Below are positions 7,583 through 14,873 of a stretch of DNA of 21,991 bases, piece after piece. Source of the stretch: a virus; the UHGV virus genome UHGV-0131363; one strand, 5' to 3'. A program made the translations under genes and the position numbers. Below the pieces are notes generated by a model. It did no database searches and was not told where the DNA came from. It worked only from the letters and a program-made list of their open reading frames with translations. Each line of letters starts with the position of its first letter. Within the stretch, counting starts at the first letter, position 1.

Positions 7583-8074
7583 TTAGTTATGTCTTGCAAA
7601 CTCACCATGAAGTTCTATTCGCTTTTTAATTACAGCTTCTTTTGCTTCTTCTACCGTTTTAAATCTTCCACAAAAGTATTCTTTATGGTAAAGCATGACT
7701 CTTGCTTTGTAAAGACCTGTTTGTTTACAAAAACTTACACCCTTCACACCAGTTTTATTATTCTTGTATATACCCCTATTCCTCTGATTTTGTGACTTTG
7801 TGCTAAGTCTTAAATTATCCAACTTATTATTAGATTTATCAAGGTCTATGTGGTCTATCTCATATCCACTTGGTATCTCACCTCCAGACATAATCCATGC
7901 AATATTATGTGCATAGTACCTCTTCTTATTTATCTGGACTTGGATATAACCCTTCTTAGACCTTGTGCCAGCCACATTACCAGCAATAGCGGTACTGCAA
8001 AGGGTTACTCTCCAAATTAATAAACCTGTATCTGGTTCATATATTAGGTATCTTTCAAAATAACCCTTATTCAT
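7583..8074 (-). CDS. free-standing HNH homing endonuclease with C-terminal AP2-type DNA-binding domain
   Basis: 163 aa. HNH motif GYEIDHIDLDKSNNKLDNLRLSTKSQNQRN and AP2-like segment GVKGVSFCKQTGLYKARVMLYHKEYFCGRFKTVEEAKEAV. Inserted between the Prs-family and Nampt-family genes. Confidence 0.75.
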   Translation of the reverse strand: MNKGYFERYLIYEPDTGLLIWRVTLCSTAIAGNVAGTRSKKGYIQVQINKKRYYAHNIAWIMSGGEIPSGYEIDHIDLDKSNNKLDNLRLSTKSQNQRNRGIYKNNKTGVKGVSFCKQTGLYKARVMLYHKEYFCGRFKTVEEAKEAVIKKRIELHGEFARHN

Positions 8075-8082
8075 ACTGTTAC

Positions 8083-8979
8083 CTAATCAATGGTTGCTAC
8101 AGTCACTTGACCGTAATGTGTTAAGCCACGGTCTTTAGCTTCACCTAAAGTGTTTGTAGTGTAGATATGGTCAATACCGTTGTCAAGTAAGTTTTCAACA
8201 CCTTTAGAGAAAATACCATGAGTTACATAGAGTTCCACACGTTTTGCACCTGCTTCACGTAGGTGTTTAGCTGCCTCTACGAAGGTTCGACCACCATCAC
8301 AGATATCATCAAGAATCATGACAGTTTTATCGGTCAAATCAACATCGTCAAGGATTCGCATACCAGTGATTTCTCCAGTCTTAAGATTGCGAACCTTAGA
8401 CATTGTGATATATGGTTTATCTACCTCTTTAGCGGTCTCTGCAACCTTCTTAGCAGCACCTGCATCTGGGGCTACTAAGTAATCAACCAGTGGGTCATTT
8501 GCATAGTGGACTGCAATCTCCTTTTGAGGAATACTCTGGAAGCAGTTAAACAGGTTATCTGGTACATAGCTGTGAGGGTCAACTGCACAGACTGCGCCAA
8601 ATCCCATTGCATTAATCTGTTTAGCAAAAACCTTTAAAGCTGCTGCGTCACCTTTAAACATGTGACGGTCATATCGTGCATTTGGTAAGTAGTAAAAGAT
8701 GACAGTCTTTAAAGCATAATCATGAGGAATTAAATCATCAATTGCTTCTTTAGCAAGTGCCACAGCAAATAATGTGTCTTTGTCATAACCCTTTACAATC
8801 ATAATCACGTTGTTGATGGATGATGTAGCATAAGCAGTAAAATCAACAAACTCTGGTGAAAAGTGTCCACCAATCTCACCAGAAGGGAATTGGACGATGT
8901 TAAACTCTTCTTCATGAGTCCCCTTAGCTGGTGAATGAACTGTAACACGGATAGATGTTTTCATAGTTTTCTCTCTCAA
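8083..8979 (-). CDS. prs: ribose-phosphate pyrophosphokinase-family protein (Prs-like); candidate Adps (ADP-ribose pyrophosphokinase) of a NARP1 NAD+ reconstitution pathway
   Basis: 298 aa. PRPP-synthetase motifs YLPNARYDRH (compare E. coli Prs YFGYARQDRR), VAPDAGAAKK, and the PRTase-type binding loop VMILDDICDGGRTF...GAKRVELYVTHGIFS. ATGA overlap with the upstream gene. Confidence 0.85.
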   Translation of the reverse strand: MREKTMKTSIRVTVHSPAKGTHEEEFNIVQFPSGEIGGHFSPEFVDFTAYATSSINNVIMIVKGYDKDTLFAVALAKEAIDDLIPHDYALKTVIFYYLPNARYDRHMFKGDAAALKVFAKQINAMGFGAVCAVDPHSYVPDNLFNCFQSIPQKEIAVHYANDPLVDYLVAPDAGAAKKVAETAKEVDKPYITMSKVRNLKTGEITGMRILDDVDLTDKTVMILDDICDGGRTFVEAAKHLREAGAKRVELYVTHGIFSKGVENLLDNGIDHIYTTNTLGEAKDRGLTHYGQVTVATID

Positions 8980-9254
8980 TCAAAAGTTACGTTTGTTACT
9001 GCCATTGCAGATTTGCATTTTACAGGGTCTACAACGTGGTAAAGTACACTACAGTTACCTGTGCTGTCTGGTACAGGCTTTACCCATTGCTGCTTTATAG
9101 TTGGCTCTCCTAAGTCTTTGTAAGAACCATCTGTAAAGTTGTTTACCATCTCAAGTGCAATTGGTTCTGGAACATGACCACGTATCATGTACATCTCACA
9201 ACCATTACCTCCTTCACTGACTAATGGTAAAATCTCCCACTTTTCTTTAGCCAT
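8976..9254 (-). CDS. hypothetical protein (92 aa)
   Basis: ORF translationally coupled to neighbours (ATGA overlap downstream, 8-nt overlap upstream). No recognisable motif. Confidence 0.5.
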   Translation of the reverse strand: MAKEKWEILPLVSEGGNGCEMYMIRGHVPEPIALEMVNNFTDGSYKDLGEPTIKQQWVKPVPDSTGNCSVLYHVVDPVKCKSAMAVTNVTFD

Positions 9255-9762
9255 TATAAGTTGCCCTATAAACTGTCTCGAACTTCAACAGGAGAGATAT
9301 TGCCAAATCTGTATAGTTGTTGTCAAGCACATCTGGCATATTATTTTTGATATATTTCTCTTGCTCTTCATAGGTCATCTTAGGGATACTTAGGAGGCTA
9401 TCTCCTTGCTTCTGGTTATCAGCTTTAGTTTGGATAAACCAGTTTGCACAGTGATGTTCACCACCTTTTGTAACAGGTTTGTGATGACCTAATGTAAATG
9501 TTTGCTTACCAGTATACCTGCAAAGATTGTTCAGTGTTGCAATGGTGTTCTTCACAACACACCATTCATACAGGTTATCTATTGTGTAGTGTGGGTAATA
9601 ACGGACAAGTGCTCTTTCACGGAAGTTATCACGATTCCAAAGAACCATGTGATTAGAATTTGAAGGGTCATATTTGTGGGAGTCTATAAACTCTTGACGC
9701 TCATCAAAGCTGAGTCTTAGAACTGACATTGCAACCGAACGTTTCAGGTTTGACAGGTACAT
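9247..9762 (-). CDS. hypothetical protein with possible His-Me finger (HNH-like) nuclease motif
   Basis: 171 aa. Segment LGHHKPVTKGGEHHCANWFIQTKADNQKQG resembles the HH...GG...N...N pattern of HNH/His-Me finger nucleases but lacks the zinc-binding cysteines. RBS GGAGG upstream of the ATG at 9762. Confidence 0.5.
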   Translation of the reverse strand: MYLSNLKRSVAMSVLRLSFDERQEFIDSHKYDPSNSNHMVLWNRDNFRERALVRYYPHYTIDNLYEWCVVKNTIATLNNLCRYTGKQTFTLGHHKPVTKGGEHHCANWFIQTKADNQKQGDSLLSIPKMTYEEQEKYIKNNMPDVLDNNYTDLAISLLLKFETVYRATYNG

Positions 9763-9771
9763 TTTACCTCC

Positions 9772-9801
9772 AAAATAAAAAGGGAACCTTTACAGTTCCC
9801 C
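9772..9801 (-). terminator. rho-independent terminator followed directly by the RBS of the 171-aa gene
   Basis: Minus-strand RNA forms GGGGAAC-uguaaag-GUUCCCU (6-7 bp, plus-strand arms 9782-9787 and 9795-9800) followed by UUUUUAUUUU, then GGAGG and the ATG. Confidence 0.55.
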
Positions 9802-9813
9802 TATAGTATCTGT

Positions 9814-10134
9814 TTACTGAGCTACTTTCAAGATGCTTGTGAATGAAATCTCACTCTCATCCATAAACTCTTTTGCTTTTCCAGTAACTTTTACAAAGTT
9901 ATCTAGGCAGATAATCTTCTTATCTTTCTTGCTGTAAGTTAGCTTAACCTTTTCAATATCTTTCTTAGAGCTTTTCTCTTCATTAAAGAGTTTTACAGCT
10001 TCTTTGAATGGGAGGTATGAGCCATCATCATCGCTAATAAAACCTGTACCACAATAGTAGAAGTTGTATTCTTTAGCCATAAACTGGCACAGTACGAAAA
10101 TCTGTAATTTACGAGTGTTATAAACTTTGCTCAT
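9814..10134 (-). CDS. hypothetical protein (106 aa)
   Basis: ORF in a tightly packed same-strand array. No recognisable motif. Confidence 0.5.
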   Translation of the reverse strand: MSKVYNTRKLQIFVLCQFMAKEYNFYYCGTGFISDDDGSYLPFKEAVKLFNEEKSSKKDIEKVKLTYSKKDKKIICLDNFVKVTGKAKEFMDESEISFTSILKVAQ

Positions 10135-10136
10135 GG

Positions 10137-10418
10137 TTATTTAACCTTCTTGTTACGTTTACGGTTACGAGCTTTCTTAGCTGCTCGTTTAATAGCTGCT
10201 GCACCAGATTGGCGGTGGGCTTGTTTCTTACCACCTTTACCACGTCCTACGTAGATGTAAGGCTGCTGTTCAATTTGGCTTGTAAGAACTTGTGCAACTA
10301 CTGAAGCATCTACACCAACCTGCTTTCCAGTCATAGAAATGATTGCTGCTGCTTTTGCCAGTGCCTTCAAGAAGCCAGCTTTCATATTACCTAAAATTCC
10401 CATTTTAGTCTCTCTCAT
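10137..10418 (-). CDS. hypothetical small basic protein (Lys/Arg-rich C-terminus KRAAKKARNRKRNKKVK)
   Basis: 93-aa ORF. The ATG at 10418 overlaps the upstream stop (TAATG). An alternative start at 10403 has a GAGAGAGA RBS. The C-terminal basic tail suggests nucleic-acid binding. Confidence 0.5.
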   Translation of the reverse strand: MRETKMGILGNMKAGFLKALAKAAAIISMTGKQVGVDASVVAQVLTSQIEQQPYIYVGRGKGGKKQAHRQSGAAAIKRAAKKARNRKRNKKVK

Positions 10419-10738
10419 TAAAGTTTAATACAGAACTTATGAAGTTCTTCTTCAGTAACTGTGACAACTTTATCATCAACACGTAAGTTTGTCTCGTAAA
10501 AATTTGAGAAATGTGCTTTGTGTTTTACTTTAAATACTCCAGCAGCCTCAATACATTTCAATGCTTCCATACCAGTGGAGTCAAACAGACTTTTAGTATA
10601 GACTTTCCACTCTTCAATGGTTTCTGGATTTACTTTGTAACTACCAAATAGTGACATGTTACAGTACGACATAACAAACTCACCGCGTTTGAATCCACCG
10701 CTACTCTGCTCTCCATTGACAGTCACCTTGCCAGCCAT
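10418..10738 (-). CDS. hypothetical protein (start placed at internal ATG 10738; ORF-track start 10819 is inside nrdG)
   Basis: The ORF-track version overlaps nrdG by 119 nt. The ATG at 10738 has GGAG 8 nt upstream and gives a 106-aa product beginning MAGKVTVNGEQ. An ATG at 10672 is an alternative. Confidence 0.45.
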   Translation of the reverse strand: MAGKVTVNGEQSSGGFKRGEFVMSYCNMSLFGSYKVNPETIEEWKVYTKSLFDSTGMEALKCIEAAGVFKVKHKAHFSNFYETNLRVDDKVVTVTEEELHKFCIKL

Positions 10739-11186
10739 ATTCTTTTCTCCACAAGTTTTGGTTGTCTGAACCACGATATGGTTTATTCGTTGGTTTAGAA
10801 GCATCATACTTACCATCAATCACCACGTCAACATATTTCATCACATCCAAGTGGATTTTTTCGTGCAGTTGAAAACCTGTCCAAAGCCATATAGACTTTT
10901 CTGGATAAACAGTTTTAATACGCTTGCATATGTTGGTAACCTCTTGAATATTTCTATCATCCAGAGGCTCTCCACCGAGTATTGACAACCCACTGATGGC
11001 CTCATCATCCATTAACTTAATGATACCGTAGAGGTTTGCATAAGTAAACTCTTTACCAGCATTAAACTTCCAAGACTCCCTGTTAAAGCAGCCTTCACAG
11101 TGATGCTTACAACCAGCTACGAAGAGGCTTACACGAACCCCTTCACCATTAGCTGTGTCAAATGGTCGAATCTCCATGTAATTCAT
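10701..11186 (-). CDS. nrdG: anaerobic ribonucleotide reductase activating protein NrdG (radical SAM)
   Basis: 161 aa. Radical-SAM cluster motif CKHHCEGC near the N-terminus; SIWLWTGF, KYVDVVIDGKY and RGSDNQNLW match T4/E. coli NrdG. Located downstream of nrdD. Confidence 0.9.
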   Translation of the reverse strand: MNYMEIRPFDTANGEGVRVSLFVAGCKHHCEGCFNRESWKFNAGKEFTYANLYGIIKLMDDEAISGLSILGGEPLDDRNIQEVTNICKRIKTVYPEKSIWLWTGFQLHEKIHLDVMKYVDVVIDGKYDASKPTNKPYRGSDNQNLWRKEYGWQGDCQWRAE

Positions 11187-11195
11187 CTAGTTACC

Positions 11196-11495
11196 TCACC
11201 AATACATATAAGTGTTCTTAGCAGCTTTCTTCGGAGACTTACTGTCAATGTCAAAGTCTTCATCTAAGAAGGATGTCTTAGAAAGCTGCCTTATTTGTGT
11301 TCTTGTAAGACGTTTAGTAGCCCTCTTAATCTCTCTACAAGGCTGACTTGTAAAGTCATAAGAGCCACCTTTTCTGGACATCATATCAGAATGGAAGTAG
11401 ACATCTGAAGCATTTTCTCTGTTACGTACCTCATTTCTCCACTCATAAAGTCCATGAACGTTCTTTAAACCTTTTCTTCGAATTGTTTTACTCAT
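11196..11495 (-). CDS. hypothetical protein (99 aa)
   Basis: ORF in the same-strand array between nrdD and nrdG. No recognisable motif. Confidence 0.5.
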   Translation of the reverse strand: MSKTIRRKGLKNVHGLYEWRNEVRNRENASDVYFHSDMMSRKGGSYDFTSQPCREIKRATKRLTRTQIRQLSKTSFLDEDFDIDSKSPKKAAKNTYMYW

Positions 11496-11887
11496 TCAAA
11501 CACCACCTGATAAGGAACCAGTTTAGTAATAAACTCTTCACAGTGCTCTTTAATGAAGTTTTGCAATGGCACACAGTCTTGTGCACAAGTCATTAACATA
11601 ATGTACTCTGGATTCATAATGTTATCAATACTGTAGAAGACAACATCGTTAGATAATTCGTGACCGTCTTCTTCAGACCAAGTTCCAGTGACTACAACTA
11701 ATTTGTCAAGCAACTCATTAGGCAACGCTGCACCATCTTCTATGGAATCACTTAGAACGTTGTCACTGATGTACAATGTAAATGTCGTGCGGAATGTTGA
11801 GTATCTTACATGATTCTTTTCACAAGAGCCACACTCTGAAGCGTAATCTTTAATCCACTCTAACTGTTTTTGGTTCAACTTAATCAT
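11492..11887 (-). CDS. hypothetical protein (131 aa)
   Basis: ORF with 4-nt overlaps to both neighbours. Cys-containing N-terminus (ECGSCEK). No recognisable family. Confidence 0.55.
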   Translation of the reverse strand: MIKLNQKQLEWIKDYASECGSCEKNHVRYSTFRTTFTLYISDNVLSDSIEDGAALPNELLDKLVVVTGTWSEEDGHELSNDVVFYSIDNIMNPEYIMLMTCAQDCVPLQNFIKEHCEEFITKLVPYQVVFE

Positions 11888-12084
11888 AATTTCACCTTAG
11901 TTGGTAATGCGCTGAATGCTATAGCTAACCCTAAAAATGGTTTGAAGCATGACCATAAATCCATCTGACCATGATATGATAAACTCCATTGTGGGTCTGA
12001 AAAACCCCATAACATAACACTAACCCCAAAGAAGAAGATTAGAATGTGGAGTATGTATATCATCGTTTTTGATATCTTAAACAT
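11884..12084 (-). CDS. hypothetical small membrane protein (66 aa)
   Basis: Hydrophobic segment IYILHILIFFFGVSVMLWGF. Coupled by a 4-nt overlap to the downstream gene. Confidence 0.45.
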   Translation of the reverse strand: MFKISKTMIYILHILIFFFGVSVMLWGFSDPQWSLSYHGQMDLWSCFKPFLGLAIAFSALPTKVKL

Positions 12085-12238
12085 TTTAACTTATCTCTCA
12101 ATTCACAATAAGAGAGTCCTAAAAAGAACCCTAGTAAGACAGAACCTATGAATAGGCCAATGATGTTCTCTGCCATATCTAACATCCAATAAAAAAGGTG
12201 ATGCAAGCCTATCAAGACCCACATCACCTTGTCAAGTT

Positions 12239-14383
12239 TTACATAGAAATTCTGTCACGAATCTCAGCGATTTTTGCATCATTCATTCGAGATTCACCTT
12301 TAATCTTAGTCCACCCAAGATATCCGCACACCCTGTTAATCACAGAGATGTCGTGTGAATGGCAAACCTCACATTCTTCAACATCAGCCTTTGGTCTGTT
12401 ACCACAATGTTCACAGATTGCTAAGTCAAAGTTAAGTCCCTGATAAAAACCCTTCAACATCCCTCTGGTAATACAACTTTTAAGTGCTGGCAAGTTTTCT
12501 GGGTTAGCTACCCTTACATACTGGATTCTGCCGCCTCTACAGATATGGAAGAATGGCTCTTCTAAGTCCTGCTTCTCAAATGGTGAGATGTCTGCTGCAA
12601 CATTCATATGGAAACTGTTTGTAAAGTATTCCTTGTCAGAGACACCTTTAATGACGCCAAACATATCTCTGAACTGTTTTAACTGAGTTCCACAAAGTGA
12701 TTCTGCTGGAGTGCCATATACCGCATACAAGAAGCCATCTTCGTTCTTAAACTCTTCAGTTTTCATGTTGATGTATTCCAGAACATCATATGCAAAACTA
12801 TAGCCTCCAACTTCATGAAGTCGTTTACCTTCAGCAAGAACAGATAGCTCATCAAGCGCAGTAACCCCAAAAGAAGCTGTGAAGGACTTCACAATATCCC
12901 AACCAACCCTGTCAGTAGGCTTCTTAGTTCCTTTGTACAGACCACCTTGTGTAAATGCAAGAGGGTTAGAACTTGCTGGCATATTGGCAATCATTTCATA
13001 GCGTTTCTTGTGGAAGCTGCGAATCATCTCTAGGTACTTATCAAGCTCTTTCCAGAAATCTAAACCATTCTCTTTAGAATACTGGTAAATCATTGGTAAG
13101 TTCAAAGATACAGCACCAATGTTAGCACGACCAACGTAGAACTCTTCCCCATCCTCGTTAAGATATGGAGATAAGAAGGCTCTACAACCCATCGGCGAGA
13201 TTACCTTGCCAGAACGCTCAAAAGCTTCTGCTACAGCACCATGACCAGATACACTTAAGAAATCTGGATACATCGCTTTAGAGCAACACTCTATAGCTTT
13301 ACTGTACAGGTGGCCTTGACAGATATTCTCATTATGTCTCTTCTGGTCATAAATATAAACCAGTTTAGGGAATACAACAGGTTTCTTGCTCTTACCTTGT
13401 CCATTCATACGAACATCTAGGAGAGTACTTGCAATCATATATTGCAGTCGGTTATCTTCATTAGACATATCTGAGTCAAGTAACCCGAATGTCAAAGTTG
13501 TAAATGCAAAATCCCCACGGCTACAAGGTACGGTATTTAGTTTCATTTCAAGTGACTGGAAACCTTGAGTTAGTTCAATCTGTAGCTGCTCCATGACATA
13601 ATTGTGGTAATGTTCTTTAGGAATACCATAAGATGCTGCTTTCTCAGCATGATAGCGTAGAGACTTCTTAGCATACGGTACAAGTACCTTATCAATCTCT
13701 GCTAAAGTAAAGCCACCAAATTGCTGTGCAGTTGCTGAAAGAACTACGTCTCCAATAACCTGTAAGGCCGACAGCGCAGACTTTGGTTCACAATATTCGA
13801 TGCCAGACATTTCAAAGCCACCTTTCAGGACTTTACCAATGTCAAACAGGCAACAGTTGATACCACCAAAGATTAGGTCTCTTAAATCATGGATATAGAT
13901 AAACCCTTTTTCAATGGCTTCAAGTTCCTCTGGTGTTAAATGGTACTGTTTAAAGATTTCTTTAGTCAGATAACCACGAATAATTGAACCTTTTGTAGAA
14001 ATTAAACTGCTGTCAAAGTTAGCATTCTCTCTGTCACCTAAGAAGAGTGTATCTTTGGTCTTCTGGTAGAGTTCATCCCAATTTTGAGCAACTTCTTTAC
14101 GGTAATTTCTATATGTTGAGTAAGACTCATAAATCTCGTGATTAACTTCTGCCAAAGCACCTTCAACAATACTGTGAATATCATTTACCGAGATAAGCAA
14201 ATTATTCTGCTTAGCGGACTTTACCAGAATCCTCATAAATGCTGACTCAAGAGCTTGAGTAACATCTGGTGGAAGCTCTTTATAACCAACCCTATTAGCT
14301 GACTTTGTGACTGCTGCTAAAACTTTTTTGATATCAGGTTCTTCGAGTGAGCCATTCTTTTTAATAATCTGTACTTTGTTCAT
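12239..14383 (-). CDS. nrdD: anaerobic ribonucleoside-triphosphate reductase NrdD (glycyl-radical enzyme)
   Basis: 714 aa. C-terminal zinc ribbon CEHCG...CEVCHSH and glycyl-radical motif RVCGYLG. N-terminal ATP-cone-like region. Internal SPMGCRAFLSPY and YGTPAESLC resemble NrdD active-site regions. Confidence 0.95.
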   Translation of the reverse strand: MNKVQIIKKNGSLEEPDIKKVLAAVTKSANRVGYKELPPDVTQALESAFMRILVKSAKQNNLLISVNDIHSIVEGALAEVNHEIYESYSTYRNYRKEVAQNWDELYQKTKDTLFLGDRENANFDSSLISTKGSIIRGYLTKEIFKQYHLTPEELEAIEKGFIYIHDLRDLIFGGINCCLFDIGKVLKGGFEMSGIEYCEPKSALSALQVIGDVVLSATAQQFGGFTLAEIDKVLVPYAKKSLRYHAEKAASYGIPKEHYHNYVMEQLQIELTQGFQSLEMKLNTVPCSRGDFAFTTLTFGLLDSDMSNEDNRLQYMIASTLLDVRMNGQGKSKKPVVFPKLVYIYDQKRHNENICQGHLYSKAIECCSKAMYPDFLSVSGHGAVAEAFERSGKVISPMGCRAFLSPYLNEDGEEFYVGRANIGAVSLNLPMIYQYSKENGLDFWKELDKYLEMIRSFHKKRYEMIANMPASSNPLAFTQGGLYKGTKKPTDRVGWDIVKSFTASFGVTALDELSVLAEGKRLHEVGGYSFAYDVLEYINMKTEEFKNEDGFLYAVYGTPAESLCGTQLKQFRDMFGVIKGVSDKEYFTNSFHMNVAADISPFEKQDLEEPFFHICRGGRIQYVRVANPENLPALKSCITRGMLKGFYQGLNFDLAICEHCGNRPKADVEECEVCHSHDISVINRVCGYLGWTKIKGESRMNDAKIAEIRDRISM

Positions 14384-14402
14384 TATTGCCCCTTTACATG
14401 CT

Positions 14403-14424
14403 AAAAAGGTCTCCGAAGAGACCC
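14403..14424 (-). terminator. rho-independent terminator-like hairpin immediately upstream of nrdD
   Basis: Minus-strand RNA forms GGGUCUC-uucg-GAGACC(U) (UUCG tetraloop, plus-strand arms 14408-14413 and 14418-14423) followed by UUUUU, then the nrdD RBS. Confidence 0.6.
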
Positions 14425-14431
14425 TTTCATT

Positions 14432-14638
14432 TTAAATCTTTTTAGAAAACTTAGAAACGAGTTTTCTCAGTTTTTCAGTGATGCCTAACTGTATCTCTAA
14501 TATTTCAAAGATAACCCATAGTAACATGGCTCCAAACAATGAACCTTGTTCAAAATCAGTAAATAGGTTAACAACAAACATACCAATCACAATGGCTGGT
14601 GCATCAACAACCAGACCTTCCCAAAGGCGTTTAAGCAT
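14432..14638 (-). CDS. hypothetical small membrane protein (68 aa, two predicted TM helices)
   Basis: Hydrophobic segments AIVIGMFVVNLF and FGAMLLWVIFEIL. RBS GAGGTGA 4-5 nt upstream of the ATG at 14638. Overlaps the glutaredoxin-like gene by 8 nt. Confidence 0.45.
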   Translation of the reverse strand: MLKRLWEGLVVDAPAIVIGMFVVNLFTDFEQGSLFGAMLLWVIFEILEIQLGITEKLRKLVSKFSKKI

Positions 14639-14873
14639 TATTCACCTCTGCCATAAAATTCTGTAGCGTTCCAACAGGTTTTAGGTTTTGTCCATCAGTT
14701 TTCATGATGAATGGCATCTGACGAACTGGCATCTGTGCAATATCCATCAGGTCTGATAGTTCATAGTCCTGCCCTAACATTCTCACAACATGGTCAATAC
14801 CACGAGCTTTTGCAAAATTCTTTGCAGTCTCACACTGAGGGCATCCAGTTTTGGAGTAAATTACATAAGTCAT
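14631..14873 (-). CDS. nrdH: glutaredoxin-like protein (NrdH/NrdC-type redoxin, CPQC active site)
   Basis: 80 aa with a CxxC motif (SKTGCPQCETAK) at the position expected for a glutaredoxin/NrdH fold. Immediately downstream of nrdB. Confidence 0.75.
   Translation of the reverse strand: MTYVIYSKTGCPQCETAKNFAKARGIDHVVRMLGQDYELSDLMDIAQMPVRQMPFIMKTDGQNLKPVGTLQNFMAEVNNA

Noticed and set aside
7589-9393. Plus-strand ORFs 7589..7795, 8263..8478 and 9187..9393
   Set aside because: Antisense to the HNH endonuclease, the Prs-family gene and the 92/171-aa genes respectively. No supporting signals.
12060-12176. Possible 38-aa hydrophobic minus-strand ORF (MAENIIGLFIGSVLLGFFLG...) in the nrdD to 66-aa gene gap
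   Set aside because: No convincing RBS upstream of the ATG at 12176, overlaps the start of the 66-aa gene, and is too short to support without conservation data.
12205-12234. TTGACA hexamer on the minus strand upstream of the 66-aa gene as a promoter
   Set aside because: The best -10 candidates at 17-18 nt spacing (ATAGGC or TAGGCT) are poor. Kept only as a remark under the nrd module finding.
12198-12443. Plus-strand 81-aa ORF overlapping the nrdD 3' end
   Set aside because: Antisense to NrdD, whose C-terminal zinc ribbon and glycyl-radical motif occupy this exact region.
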